Positions 1 to 8,995 of a stretch of 20,000 nucleotides of DNA are shown here, piece by piece. The stretch comes from an uncultured virus (IMG/VR IMGVR_UViG_3300043777_000336) (lineage: Duplodnaviria > Heunggongvirae > Uroviricota > Caudoviricetes). Within the stretch, counting starts at the first letter, position 1, and each line of letters starts with the position of its first letter. The notes beneath the pieces are model-generated. The model made no database searches. It saw only the letters and a list, made by a program, of their open reading frames with translations, and was not told the origin of the DNA. The translations under genes and the position numbers were made by a program. Where the stretch lies: the IMG/VR virus record IMGVR_UViG_3300043777_000336. One strand, given 5' to 3'.

Positions 1-181
1 GCACGCTCAGGTCCGACTCGATGGACACGACGCGCATCATGACAAGCTCGCGAAGAAATACGGTGGCACCTTCACCTTGCTTCGCGGCAACAAGCCGTAA
101 CGCCTCGAGATCCTGAGGTCGGAAGCGAATGCAGAGCGGCGTCAATGCGCGCTCGGTCACGGTCGGTTTTTTCCTTACCAT
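1..181 (-). CDS. Ribbon-helix-helix (CopG/Arc-like) DNA-binding protein, runs off the left edge
   Basis: ATG at 181, not in the ORF track. Hand translation MVRKKPTVTERALTPLCIRFRPQDLEALRLVAAKQGEGATVFLRELVMMRVV... shows the strand-helix-helix pattern of RHH proteins; no stop before the window edge. Confidence 0.65.
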   Translation of the reverse strand, partial: MVRKKPTVTERALTPLCIRFRPQDLEALRLVAAKQGEGATVFLRELVMMRVVSIESDLSV

Positions 182-189
182 GGGTCACG

Positions 190-218
190 AATCTATCTGG
201 TACACGGGCGTATTGCAA
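190..218 (-). promoter_or_regulatory. Leftward sigma70-like promoter for the RHH gene
   Basis: TTGCAA (218-213), 17 nt, TAGATT (195-190); ATG 8 nt downstream, so probably leaderless or nearly so. Confidence 0.6.
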
Positions 219-244
219 ACCGACGGCCGTGACGTCGATTCGAC

Positions 245-273
245 TTGCATCAGGTTTCCTTTGGATACATAAT
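245..273 (+). promoter_or_regulatory. Rightward sigma70-like promoter for the long + strand run
   Basis: TTGCAT (245-250), 17 nt, CATAAT (268-273). Confidence 0.6.
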
Positions 274-287
274 GCAGCAAGAGCGAA

Positions 288-458
288 ATGAAGAAAACCA
301 TCGATAAGACGGACATCCTAAGGCTCGCCGCCGAAGCGCAGATCGACCCGCGGACCGTGAAGCGCGCTCTCGATAACGGCATCGACTCGCTTCGAGCCGA
401 GGTCGATCGTCAACGACTCCGCGACGCCGCAAAACGACTCGGACTGAGTGTTGGGTAA
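288..458 (+). CDS. Small HTH DNA-binding protein (LacI/Cro-like HTH only), 56 aa
   Basis: Hand translation MKKTIDKTDILRLAAEAQIDPRTVKRALDNGIDSLRAEVDRQRLRDAAKRLGLSVG; LAxxAxIDPRTVxRAL...RxRxxAxxLG resembles LacI-type HTH; below the ORF-track cutoff. Confidence 0.7.
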   Translation: MKKTIDKTDILRLAAEAQIDPRTVKRALDNGIDSLRAEVDRQRLRDAAKRLGLSVG

Positions 459-459
459 C

Positions 460-633
460 ATGAAAAAGACGCTCACCGTGAAGCTCGTACCTACGAGTCG
501 CACCGACCTACCCTGCGTTGCATGCGGCGGTTTCCAGACCCAGTTGGCCGTTATCGTCCCGGGCGTGCCTGTCGAGGATGCACAGAACGGGATTCATCGC
601 GTTTGTCTACCGAGCCGAAAGAGGAAGTCGTGA
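460..633 (+). CDS. Hypothetical protein with CxxC...HxxC, 57 aa
   Basis: ATG 1 nt after the previous stop; TGA overlaps the GTG of rtcB. Confidence 0.6.
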   Translation: MKKTLTVKLVPTSRTDLPCVACGGFQTQLAVIVPGVPVEDAQNGIHRVCLPSRKRKS

Positions 634-2033
634 GCCTCAAATATACTGTCCAGAAGGTCTCCCCCAACCACTACGTACTCCCGAAGACCGGCGGCATGCA
701 GGTGGACGTACACGCGTTTCTGTCCGAGGAGCTCTACAATGCGTCGGAAGAGGGCGTCTGGTCTCAAATCACGAACGGCGCCTCGTTCCCCGGAGTGATC
801 GGCGCGTATCTACTGCCGGACACCCATATCGGCTACGGCATCCCGGTCGGCTCGGTCATCGTCACCGACGAGACGCTCATCCAAGGCGGTAGCGGCTACG
901 ACATTTCGTGCGGCGTACTCGCTATGCGGGCCGACATCAGCGCGAACTCGGTGCGAAGCAAAGAGAAGCGACGTCGCTGGGTTACGGAGGTCGAGAAGCG
1001 CATCGCTACCGGTAAAGGACACCACCGGCCGACGTTCATGCCGTCGTTCACGCGCGCCCAGGGCGACGAAATCCTTCGTCATGGGGCCCTAGCGCTCGGC
1101 GTGAACGCTGAACTCTGCGAGCGCCAGTACATTCCGGTAGCCGACGAAACAGACTTCGCCAAGGTCGAGAAGGCTTACAAGAGCGTCGTTCCGCAGCTTG
1201 GATCCGTCGGCGGAGGCAACCACTTCGTCGAGCTGCAAGCCGATCGCGATACGGGCGAGGTCTTCATCATGGTCCACTGCGGCAGTCGCGGGTACGGCTG
1301 GCAGGTCGCTAATCACTTCTTCTACGAAGGCGCGCTCGTGCGCGGACTATCAAGCAACCGACGCGAGGAATCTTGGCTTCGCGTCAACGAACCGCTCGGC
1401 AAAGAATACTGGGCCTACCACAACAGCGCCGCTAACTTCGCCGTAGCCAACCGCCACATCATCGTCAACGGCATCCGCGAAGCGACCCAAGAGGTCTTCG
1501 GAGCCGACGTGCGCGTGTACTACGAAATCAGTCACAATCTCGTGCAGGAAGAGACGCTCCGACTTCCAGACGGCACGACCAAGCGTGGGTTCGTGCATCG
1601 CAAAGGAGCAACGCGTGCGTTTCCTGCGGGTCACCCAGACCTCGTCGGGACCGTCTGGGAGAAGACGGGGCATCCCTGTCTGATTCCGGGCTCAATGTAC
1701 GAAGGAGCAGCCATCTTGTTCGCGCAGCCGGGGGCGTATGCGACAGCGTGCTCCGTCAACCACGGCTCGGGTCGCATCATGGCGCGCGGAGCGGCGAAAC
1801 GGAAGCTGGAGCATAAGCAGCTACGTATCGACGAGGAGATGGATCGCGTTCAGCGGACGTTCGCTGGCGTATCGATCGAAGGGATTCTCTCTAACCATCG
1901 GCATGTACCCTTGGATGAGTGCGGGCATGTCTATAAAGACCTCGACACCGTTCTATCGGTTCTCGAGGCCGAGGGAATCGCGAAGGTCACGCGGCGGCTC
2001 TATCCGTTGGCGAACGTCAAGGGAGCGGACTGA
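630..2033 (+). CDS. rtcB: RtcB-family RNA 3'-phosphate/5'-OH ligase, 467 aa
   Basis: Motifs PDTHIGYGIPVG, GYDISCGV, QLGSVGGGNHFVELQ, VHCGSRG, SHN, HRKGATR, IPGSM, SVNHGSGR, DECGHVYKD, LYPLANVKG. Start placed at GTG 630 (GAGG RBS, GTGA overlap) rather than 522. Confidence 0.95.
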   Translation: MSLKYTVQKVSPNHYVLPKTGGMQVDVHAFLSEELYNASEEGVWSQITNGASFPGVIGAYLLPDTHIGYGIPVGSVIVTDETLIQGGSGYDISCGVLAMRADISANSVRSKEKRRRWVTEVEKRIATGKGHHRPTFMPSFTRAQGDEILRHGALALGVNAELCERQYIPVADETDFAKVEKAYKSVVPQLGSVGGGNHFVELQADRDTGEVFIMVHCGSRGYGWQVANHFFYEGALVRGLSSNRREESWLRVNEPLGKEYWAYHNSAANFAVANRHIIVNGIREATQEVFGADVRVYYEISHNLVQEETLRLPDGTTKRGFVHRKGATRAFPAGHPDLVGTVWEKTGHPCLIPGSMYEGAAILFAQPGAYATACSVNHGSGRIMARGAAKRKLEHKQLRIDEEMDRVQRTFAGVSIEGILSNHRHVPLDECGHVYKDLDTVLSVLEAEGIAKVTRRLYPLANVKGAD

Positions 2034-2668
2034 TGAAACGCCCCCGGAAACCCGATCCCGAGACCGCCGCTCTCCTCGCCCGTGCACGAGCCGGGGAGTG
2101 GCTTACCGAAGCGGAGAAGCACCAGCTCCTCAGCTTCAACCACGACTACGTCTTCCGTTTCTTCTACAAGGGATCCGACGTTTCGGGGCACATCACGAAA
2201 GAGCAGCTGAGTCCCGATCTCGAGCCGGAAGACGTTCCGTGGCGCATGATCGGCCGAACCGAGCCCATCGTTCACGAGGACGAAGGCTTACTCCTCTCCG
2301 TGTGGAAGGACAGTAAGGGACGCGGTTGGTACTGGGGCGTCATGATCGACGCGTGTGCGGTCGTAGAGGGCTACGAACCAACTCCCGAGGAAGCTGCTCG
2401 TAGAGGCGGTGATGCCTTCGCGATGGAGCTGTTCAAACGAGAGCCTGTCGATCCACCCGACTACACGGCCATCGAAAATGCCAAAAAGAAAGGAGAGCCT
2501 CCGCCTTGCTCCGTCTGCGGAAAGCCTCCTCAATCCTTCTGCCCAAAGTGTTTACACACTTTTTGCGGAACGACCTGCTGTCCGAAGCAACCATTGGCAA
2601 CTCGCGACTCGTGCTTCTTCTGCGACGGTCTCGTAGTCGTCGAGCTCATCAAAGGAGCTGCGGAATAA
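2033..2668 (+). CDS. Hypothetical protein with Cys-rich C-terminal zinc-finger-like region, 211 aa
   Basis: TGATG overlap with rtcB; CSVC..CPKC..CGTTCC..CFFC. Confidence 0.75.
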   Translation: MKRPRKPDPETAALLARARAGEWLTEAEKHQLLSFNHDYVFRFFYKGSDVSGHITKEQLSPDLEPEDVPWRMIGRTEPIVHEDEGLLLSVWKDSKGRGWYWGVMIDACAVVEGYEPTPEEAARRGGDAFAMELFKREPVDPPDYTAIENAKKKGEPPPCSVCGKPPQSFCPKCLHTFCGTTCCPKQPLATRDSCFFCDGLVVVELIKGAAE

Positions 2669-2937
2669 TGATTACCCTCCGCGTGAAAGCCGAAGCGCTT
2701 CTCTTCGCTGCCCAGTCCATCGAGGACGAGAACTATTTCGACGACGTCACTGCCGAAGAGCAGCGCCGCCTCGAAGCGGTCGTGAGTGGGGTTCGTGCGG
2801 CGGCCAACCTGCTCATACTCCACGTCAATGATATCGATCGGCAGGCGGCATCTTTCGACGAGTTCCGGTCGAAGCGCAAGATCCTGCCACGTCCATCGGG
2901 AAAACGAAAGCCAACGAAACTGAGGGTGGTCAAATGA
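2668..2937 (+). CDS. Hypothetical protein, 89 aa (MITLRVK...)
   Basis: TAATG overlap, AAAGGAG RBS, ATGA overlap with the next gene. Confidence 0.7.
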   Translation: MITLRVKAEALLFAAQSIEDENYFDDVTAEEQRRLEAVVSGVRAAANLLILHVNDIDRQAASFDEFRSKRKILPRPSGKRKPTKLRVVK

Positions 2938-3425
2938 AGTACGCCGCGAAAGACCTGCGAGTCCCGATGAAGATTGATTTCGCGCGCCAGGACTATGACG
3001 GAGACCATCTCGTCGAGACGGTGCTGATTCAGATCAGCGGCCCGGGGTTCGGACAGGGCTTCGGTCCCTTCTGCATGAATAGCAAGACCCAGGCTCGACA
3101 ACTTCTCTTGGAGATCTGCGCGACGTTCGACTGCGCCGATCCCGAGCGTATGGCGGGTCAGGAGTGCATCGCGCTCTATTCGGATAGCCCGCACAGCGAC
3201 ATCGAGGGTCTCGAGTCGCCGACGACAGGCAAGCGCTTCACCATCCGAGGCTGGCGGCGCGTGCATTACCCGGATCATGCGAAGACTCCGACCGAAGCAA
3301 GGCGAGAGCAGCTCAAGCGCGATATCTCGCACCACGAATGCCGACTCGCGGATGCCCGCACCGAGCTGGAGAACCTCGGCGAGCTGGTGGACTGGGAGAC
3401 GATGCCTCCATGGACTGAGCCGTGA
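2934..3425 (+). CDS. Hypothetical protein, 163 aa
   Basis: ATGA overlap; coiled-coil-like C-terminus. Confidence 0.75.
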   Translation: MKYAAKDLRVPMKIDFARQDYDGDHLVETVLIQISGPGFGQGFGPFCMNSKTQARQLLLEICATFDCADPERMAGQECIALYSDSPHSDIEGLESPTTGKRFTIRGWRRVHYPDHAKTPTEARREQLKRDISHHECRLADARTELENLGELVDWETMPPWTEP

Positions 3426-3695
3426 TCATCGAGACCGCCATCATTGCCACCGCGGCGGTTATCGTCTCGTCGCTAGGGTTCGCGGACCGCGTACTGAAGA
3501 GGCAAGCAAAGCGAGACGCGGAAAACGACCCCACGTAACGAACGCCGCCGAGTTCTCGAGCGCCAACGTGCTCAGTGGATCAAGGTCGCCAATGATGCCT
3601 CGGCTAGTTACGAGGCAGCTTTTCGACAGCAATATCTCCTGAACGCAGCGGAAATTGATCGAGAGCTCATCAAGCTCGCCGAGGACAACAAATGA
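3422..3695 (+). pseudogene. Small N-terminally membrane-anchored protein split by an apparent +1 frameshift
   Basis: GTG 3422 gives MIIETAIIATAAVIVSSLGFADRVLKRQAKRDAENDP then TAA. Removing one C of the C4 run at 3529-3532 continues RNERRRVLERQRAQWIK...LAEDNK* to TGA 3695, which overlaps the next ATG. Confidence 0.55.
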
Positions 3696-3889
3696 GAGAC
3701 GATCCGAGCCCCAACTTCTGGCACACCACTCGGCCACACGATGACGAGTGCGAAAAGGCACGCGCCATCGCTAAGCAGGCAAGCCTCCCTATGCCTCCTT
3801 GCGTACCTGGCTGCCGCGTAGGTCAGCCTTGGCCGACGTGTCGACTCGACGATGCGCGTCGACCGAAAGACGCACATGACAAAACGTAA
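3692..3889 (+). CDS. Hypothetical Cys/His-rich protein, 65 aa
   Basis: GAGGA RBS, ATGA overlap. Confidence 0.55.
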   Translation: MRDDPSPNFWHTTRPHDDECEKARAIAKQASLPMPPCVPGCRVGQPWPTCRLDDARRPKDAHDKT

Positions 3890-4169
3890 GATCAATAAGT
3901 GCCGGTGCGGGCGCCTACTAGATAAATGGGGATGCCATGACGAAGCGTGTCTGCCCCATATGACCTCTACAGGATGGTGGGACGGGAAGAATCGAATTCC
4001 AATCAACGAATCGCCTCTAGTCACCAATATCCTCGACGCAGCCGAAGCGGTCATCGTTTGGTGGGAAATCGAGTGTGGCTGGGGCAAAGACGGCTACGAC
4101 GCGGTTCCAAAGCAGCTACGGAAAGCTGTACTCGCACTCAAGGCAGCCAAGAAAAAGGTGAAGTCATGA
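3876..4169 (+). CDS. Hypothetical protein, 97 aa (MTKRKINKCRCG...)
   Basis: Fits operon tiling; ends in an ATGA overlap. Confidence 0.6.
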   Translation: MTKRKINKCRCGRLLDKWGCHDEACLPHMTSTGWWDGKNRIPINESPLVTNILDAAEAVIVWWEIECGWGKDGYDAVPKQLRKAVLALKAAKKKVKS

Positions 4170-4579
4170 CCGACATGAAACGCTGGGGACTGAAACATGA
4201 GGGTCGCGACTTCATCGTCTATCAGGAGACGAAAGAAAAGGCCGTCGCGCTCTTCGCGAAGGAGCTCGGCGATGCCTTCCGTCTCACTGCGCCTCCGCTC
4301 ATCGAGGACATCGACGCTGCTATTCACGAACTGGGCCTCCATGAGGGCGAGGGGCGCGTCCTCGTCGACAATAACCCAGCGAGGGAGACGCGGCAGGCGC
4401 ACGTCGAACCAGGGCCATTGGCGAAGATCATCGACAACACCATCACGGCTTGCAACGGCGTCGCTAAGCAACTCGAGGAACATCTGGCTAACGGCACGAG
4501 CGAACATGGACCGCTCGCCAGCATGATGGGCGGTGCGGCGCTTGAACGCATGAAGAATCGAGCCAAGGGCAACCCATGA
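4166..4579 (+). CDS. Hypothetical protein, 137 aa (MTDMKRWG...)
   Basis: AAGGTG RBS, ATGA overlaps at both ends. Confidence 0.7.
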   Translation: MTDMKRWGLKHEGRDFIVYQETKEKAVALFAKELGDAFRLTAPPLIEDIDAAIHELGLHEGEGRVLVDNNPARETRQAHVEPGPLAKIIDNTITACNGVAKQLEEHLANGTSEHGPLASMMGGAALERMKNRAKGNP

Positions 4580-4818
4580 ACTGGGCCGAGATCCTCGAAG
4601 AGAAGAACGCGCTCATCGCGAAACTCGAGGAGCAACTCGCAAATCGACACAAAGAGCCAGTCGCCACCGATACAGAAAAGCAACTTGCCACCGCCAACAA
4701 GCTTATCCAGTGGGCGTTCGACGCGCTGAAACCTCCCATACAAATGACGGCAGACAACAAACTTCCCGCCTTGCGAGCGGTACGTGAACGACTCGGGAAG
4801 TACCTGGAGAAGAAATGA
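4576..4818 (+). CDS. Hypothetical coiled-coil protein, 80 aa
   Basis: ATGA overlaps at both ends. Confidence 0.7.
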   Translation: MNWAEILEEKNALIAKLEEQLANRHKEPVATDTEKQLATANKLIQWAFDALKPPIQMTADNKLPALRAVRERLGKYLEKK

Positions 4819-5309
4819 CTGATAGCGCCGAGACCGAGATAGTGAGGTTGCGCAAGTCTCTCCGGGAACTTGAGGACCGATTCTATCAGACGCTGCTCCA
4901 TGGAGCTCCTCCGGGAGATGTCCTAGGCGAATTGCGTCTACGCGCTCTCTTCTACGAGAGCGTCATGCAGCACCAGCCGCCTCATGAGATAGCCAGCCGG
5001 GAGTGCAAAATCGCCAAGGCCGCCGGACGTACGTGCTGCAATCCCAAGTGCAACGGCGAATGGGGGACCGGTTGCTGGTGTTGCCACGCCTTGAGCTTTG
5101 CCGTCGATGCGGAGCTCGAGACGATGAAAGCTCATCTCGCACTGAGCGCGACTCCCGACTCCAGCGCAGCCACCAAACAGGCAGAGATCGTCGGATGGCT
5201 TCGCGCCCAGGTAGGCAAGTCCAGAAAAGCGGCCGGCGACGGAGCCGCCGACTGGCTTCTTGAGCTCATCGACCGCATCGAAGCGGGCGAGACGAAGAGG
5301 GCACCGTGA
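4815..5309 (+). CDS. Hypothetical protein, 164 aa, Cys cluster
   Basis: GGAG RBS, overlap coupling; C-terminal EIVGWLR...DRIEAG module. Confidence 0.7.
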   Translation: MTDSAETEIVRLRKSLRELEDRFYQTLLHGAPPGDVLGELRLRALFYESVMQHQPPHEIASRECKIAKAAGRTCCNPKCNGEWGTGCWCCHALSFAVDAELETMKAHLALSATPDSSAATKQAEIVGWLRAQVGKSRKAAGDGAADWLLELIDRIEAGETKRAP

Positions 5310-6055
5310 CCGCGAAAGAGTTGACACCGGAACGTCTCGCGTACCTCGACTTGTTGAATGAGGATGAGGTAGACCTACGCGAAGCCCTCGATGGCCTCGC
5401 CTTCGAGCGCAATAGGAACATCTGTGATGCCTGCGCTGGCACTGGTACGCCCACGAGCGGTCCAGGCTGTATGTGCGGCGGCTCCGGTCGCATGAGCGAT
5501 GCCGCGTACTACCTCCGCGAACGGTACGCCGCGGAGAAGATTCGGGCGGACAAGCTCGTGAAAGAGCTGGAAGCGGCGAAGATCGTTGTCACAAACGGCG
5601 CCATGGTGAAGTGCGTGGCATGTGGCTCCGACGCGTTCAATCTGTGCACGCACCTCCTCGCGAATATGGTGGCCGCTCCGGTTGAGCGCGATGCGGCGAG
5701 GAAAGAACTGACGGAGACGAAAGAGCTAGCTGCAACGATCGTCGCCTGCGCAAAAAGTGACGCCGAGACGGCCCGCGCCGAGAACGCGGCGCAGAAGCGG
5801 CTGCTCGAGTCGGACGCACGGTCCAACGATTCTCCAGAGTCCCGTGCGTGGGCTCTTCTTCATCGCATAGGCGCCGACGTCCGAGCTCACGATGACACGT
5901 TGCGAGCCGAAGGCGCCGCCGCCGAGCGCGCCAGGATCGTGGCGTGGATTCGAGGGGAGGTGCTCGACGACATCAACCGTCGACAAGCCGATCCGGAACG
6001 AGGTCCGGTAATGTGGCTAGCCGATATTATCGAGAAGGGAGCCATCCATGGTTGA
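5306..6055 (+). CDS. Hypothetical protein, 249 aa, CxxCxGxG (DnaJ-type Zn-finger-like) motifs plus coiled coil
   Basis: CDACAGTG...CMCGGSG, CVACG; GTGA overlap. Confidence 0.75.
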   Translation: MTAKELTPERLAYLDLLNEDEVDLREALDGLAFERNRNICDACAGTGTPTSGPGCMCGGSGRMSDAAYYLRERYAAEKIRADKLVKELEAAKIVVTNGAMVKCVACGSDAFNLCTHLLANMVAAPVERDAARKELTETKELAATIVACAKSDAETARAENAAQKRLLESDARSNDSPESRAWALLHRIGADVRAHDDTLRAEGAAAERARIVAWIRGEVLDDINRRQADPERGPVMWLADIIEKGAIHG

Positions 6056-6944
6056 ATTCAAAGCGCTGAAAACCTGCGAAGTCTGCGGCGAGACGAGTGA
6101 GGGCGGCCATCTTCATAACCAGACATTTCACCGACTGGACAATCGCATCTCCGCTTTTGAGCGGCCCGGTCCCACGAACGAACCGACCGAAGGGACGGCT
6201 GTGCGTGCCGGATTTCGTCTAGCGCCCGACCTGTTGGGCGTGCCGACGTTCTGGTGCATCGAGTGCGGTCGTGACTCAGGCTTTCATTATTCGAAATGCT
6301 CGAAGTCGTCAGACGCAGAGAAGCACGCAACGGCCGAACGTGAGCGCATCCTCGCACTATTCCTGACCGACGAAGCTAAAGCCGAAGTCGCATCGCGCTT
6401 GAAGCTCGGCGAGGCGGATATCTATCTGCTTATCGCCGCGATTCGGCGGGTCGTTCGCGGTGGACCAGAGGGTGGCCGCCAGTGGAAGGAAACGCGCGTA
6501 GAGCAAACCTCGGTTCCAAATGCCCATCCTTCCCAAGGAGAGCCTGCTCCTCCCGTACGTTGGTTTCACTGGCCGGCAACGTGCTCGTGCCCGCTCTGCG
6601 TACCAGGCAAGCCGATGGGACCCGTCATCGAAGAAGAGCTCGAGTGCTCCGGTTGCGTTGACGCCGCCGGACAATGGATAGGACCGTGCGAGGACGGCCG
6701 CCAACATCGCACATGGTGCAGTACCGGAATTCGCGAACTCCGGAAACGGACCGGATCACCCATGGATGACCTCGTGTGCGCGCCCATGGTACCGAAGCGC
6801 AGGGATCCGGCGCCGAGCCACGTACCCCCTGAACTCGACGCTCTACTTCACGTTCTCTGGACACGCGCCGTCGGGACGCCTGGATACGTGAAGAGCGACT
6901 GGAGAGACCTAGAACACGCCATCTACAAACTGGGCACGCCATGA
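6048..6944 (+). CDS. Hypothetical multi-zinc-finger-like protein, 298 aa
   Basis: CEVC, CIECG..H..C, CSCPLC, CSGC..C..H..C; GGGAG RBS. Confidence 0.7.
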   Translation: MVEFKALKTCEVCGETSEGGHLHNQTFHRLDNRISAFERPGPTNEPTEGTAVRAGFRLAPDLLGVPTFWCIECGRDSGFHYSKCSKSSDAEKHATAERERILALFLTDEAKAEVASRLKLGEADIYLLIAAIRRVVRGGPEGGRQWKETRVEQTSVPNAHPSQGEPAPPVRWFHWPATCSCPLCVPGKPMGPVIEEELECSGCVDAAGQWIGPCEDGRQHRTWCSTGIRELRKRTGSPMDDLVCAPMVPKRRDPAPSHVPPELDALLHVLWTRAVGTPGYVKSDWRDLEHAIYKLGTP

Positions 6945-7333
6945 GCGACCTCGCCAAACGAGCGCGTGACTGGTGGTTACGGGGCGACCCGACGCGTCCA
7001 GACTTCGTGGAGTCCCTCACAGCGCTTCTCGAAAGCGTCGCCGCTGAGGCCGCACCAAAGATAGACGCGACCCACGAAAAGGCAGCGCTTGCCTGGCTGG
7101 GTCCCGATTGGGGCGATCTCGCAGCAGCAGAGTCGCTCGCTGCCTTGCTCGCCGCCAGCGAGGCGCAGGTCGTCTACCGTATCTGCACTCTGCTCGAAGC
7201 CTACGAGACACGGCTGCGACAGATCGTGGATCGTGAAGGCGATTCGAAGATGCGCGCTCGGCTCGGGGTCTACGAAGGTATGGCGCAGGATATCCGCGAC
7301 GGGAAGTGGGCTCATCGGTCACGCACGTCATGA
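6941..7333 (+). CDS. Hypothetical protein, 130 aa, with an internal repeat
   Basis: ATGA overlaps; ESLTALLES and ESLAALLAA repeated internally. Confidence 0.7.
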   Translation: MSDLAKRARDWWLRGDPTRPDFVESLTALLESVAAEAAPKIDATHEKAALAWLGPDWGDLAAAESLAALLAASEAQVVYRICTLLEAYETRLRQIVDREGDSKMRARLGVYEGMAQDIRDGKWAHRSRTS

Positions 7334-7542
7334 AAAAGAAGACTTTCGTACCCGGTACTCACAAGCACTGGCTCAGCTTCAAGCTTTGTCCGAAAGCCTG
7401 CCTTGCCTGCAACGAGTGCGGATACTTCTGGGGTCCCGAGCACGATTACGAGAACTGGCGAGGTAAACCGGCCACGTGGGACTCACCAGGCAACGCCGGA
7501 CGCATCGGACGGCCCGGCGACGGACTCGGAGCCCAGTCATGA
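7330..7542 (+). CDS. Hypothetical Cys-rich protein, 70 aa (MKKKTFVPG...)
   Basis: ATGA overlaps at both ends; CPKACLACNECG. Confidence 0.65.
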   Translation: MKKKTFVPGTHKHWLSFKLCPKACLACNECGYFWGPEHDYENWRGKPATWDSPGNAGRIGRPGDGLGAQS

Positions 7543-7808
7543 ATCTCGGCGACCGAGCCCGACAAGCCGCCAAGGAGCTACGCGCCGCTACGGAGGATCT
7601 CAACGCTCGGCTGCGAGGTCTCGAGGACGCGATGTTTGAGAATGGCACACCAAAAGCGACAACCAAGTTATCTTCCGGCCGCTTGTTGATCTGGGACGGC
7701 CGACATCTCTACATCCAGGTCGGTACCGGTAACCGACAACTTCTCACTCAGTGCTCGCGCAGCCTCCGGGTCGAAGCCTGTCACTCTCTACGGGAGCTCG
7801 TCCAATGA
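7539..7808 (+). CDS. Hypothetical protein, 89 aa (MNLGDRA...)
   Basis: GGAG RBS, ATGA overlaps. Confidence 0.7.
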   Translation: MNLGDRARQAAKELRAATEDLNARLRGLEDAMFENGTPKATTKLSSGRLLIWDGRHLYIQVGTGNRQLLTQCSRSLRVEACHSLRELVQ

Positions 7809-8008
7809 ATTGCCCAACTTGCGGAACCGAGCGCGTGTTCCTTATCACTCCTGATTACGGACGAGGCTCGGAATGGGCCTGCTACCAGTGCAACGTGTAC
7901 GGGGCACGGTTCATTTCAAACTCACCGGAAGGAACGAAGTCGGCCGCGTACGCTCGTGCGGGCGTTGATATCCAAACGATTCTCAAATCAGGAAAGATAC
8001 CGACATGA
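7805..8008 (+). CDS. Zinc-ribbon-like hypothetical protein, 67 aa
   Basis: MNCPTCG...WACYQC; GGGAG RBS; ATGA overlaps. Confidence 0.7.
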   Translation: MNCPTCGTERVFLITPDYGRGSEWACYQCNVYGARFISNSPEGTKSAAYARAGVDIQTILKSGKIPT

Positions 8009-8262
8009 ACGACGCTCAGCGCCGTATCCTCGAAGACTTCGCCGACAAGAATCTCCTGGCGCTTCACCGCCAAGACGGGAAAACACGATCGACTCGAGCC
8101 GAGTGGGAAGCTGAACGCGAGAATCTACTTCAGGCAGGCTGGCTCGAATCCGGCATTGCCATCGCCGGCAACGGGCATCACATCACGGACTCGGGACGGG
8201 CAGCGTTGAAGCTGGAACAAATGAAGGTGCCGATGGATCTCAACGAGGCGGTGACAACATGA
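8005..8262 (+). CDS. Hypothetical protein, 85 aa, possible winged helix
   Basis: MNDAQRRIL...LLQAGWLE...HHITDSGRAAL resembles the wHTH tail (ITxxGxxxL). Confidence 0.65.
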   Translation: MNDAQRRILEDFADKNLLALHRQDGKTRSTRAEWEAERENLLQAGWLESGIAIAGNGHHITDSGRAALKLEQMKVPMDLNEAVTT

Positions 8263-8735
8263 ACGAATCTTCGAAATACGCGACCATCCGCGAGCAAGTC
8301 GCCGAGTTCCATACCGCGTTGGAGGTGAAGGACCCGACAACGCCAACCATCCCGTCCGACGAACGTGTCCGGCTCCGCGCTGCGCTCATCGCCGAGGAGT
8401 TCTTCGAGACGATGCAGGCGATGTTCTCTCGAGTCGAGAGAAACAACATCAGCGACCTACACTCGAAGATGAAGGACATCATCGAACACGGATGGATTCG
8501 GGTAGACATGGTCGAGGTTGCTGACGGCATGGCTGATCTCGATTACGTCGTCGAGGGGACCCGGCTCGAGCTCGGCATCGACGGCGCTCCCGTCGCAGCC
8601 GAGGTCCACCGTTCCAATATGGCGAAGTTCGTCAGTGAGCCCGTCTGGGCGCCTAACGGCAAACGCCTCAAGCCCGCGGGCTGGACACCGCCGGACATCG
8701 CCGGGGAGCTCCGAAAGCAGGGATGGAAGGGGTGA
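8259..8735 (+). CDS. MazG-like all-alpha NTP pyrophosphohydrolase (PRA-PH/DR2231-like), 158 aa
   Basis: VAEFH, LIAEEFFE, EVADGMADLDYV, EVHRSNMAK, GKRLKPAGWTPPDI. Confidence 0.85.
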   Translation: MNESSKYATIREQVAEFHTALEVKDPTTPTIPSDERVRLRAALIAEEFFETMQAMFSRVERNNISDLHSKMKDIIEHGWIRVDMVEVADGMADLDYVVEGTRLELGIDGAPVAAEVHRSNMAKFVSEPVWAPNGKRLKPAGWTPPDIAGELRKQGWKG

Positions 8736-8995
8736 GCGCCACTATCGAAGAGTGTCGCGCCGCGCATAAGCTCAAGGAGGAGATTTACTTCCGCCACGCT
8801 GCCGGGTGTTGCTGGCACGTCGTCCTCGACGACAGGAATGTCGAAAACAGCCACGTCGAATACACAGTCTCCAACGTCATCCGCTGTCCTGATTTCCCGC
8901 GCTTCGACGAGTGCGTCCGCATCGGTCCGTTCATCCTGAAGATGAGTCTCACCCAACGACGGAAACTAGCCGCAGGAGGTTACGAAGGAAAATGA
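8732..8995 (+). CDS. Hypothetical protein, 87 aa (MSATIEEC...)
   Basis: GTGA overlap; GCCWHVVLDDRNVE...MSLTQRRKL. Confidence 0.7.
   Translation: MSATIEECRAAHKLKEEIYFRHAAGCCWHVVLDDRNVENSHVEYTVSNVIRCPDFPRFDECVRIGPFILKMSLTQRRKLAAGGYEGK

Noticed and set aside
522..629. 36-aa N-terminal extension of RtcB in the ORF track
   Set aside because: It overlaps the 460-633 gene; GTG 630 has an RBS and a stop-start overlap.
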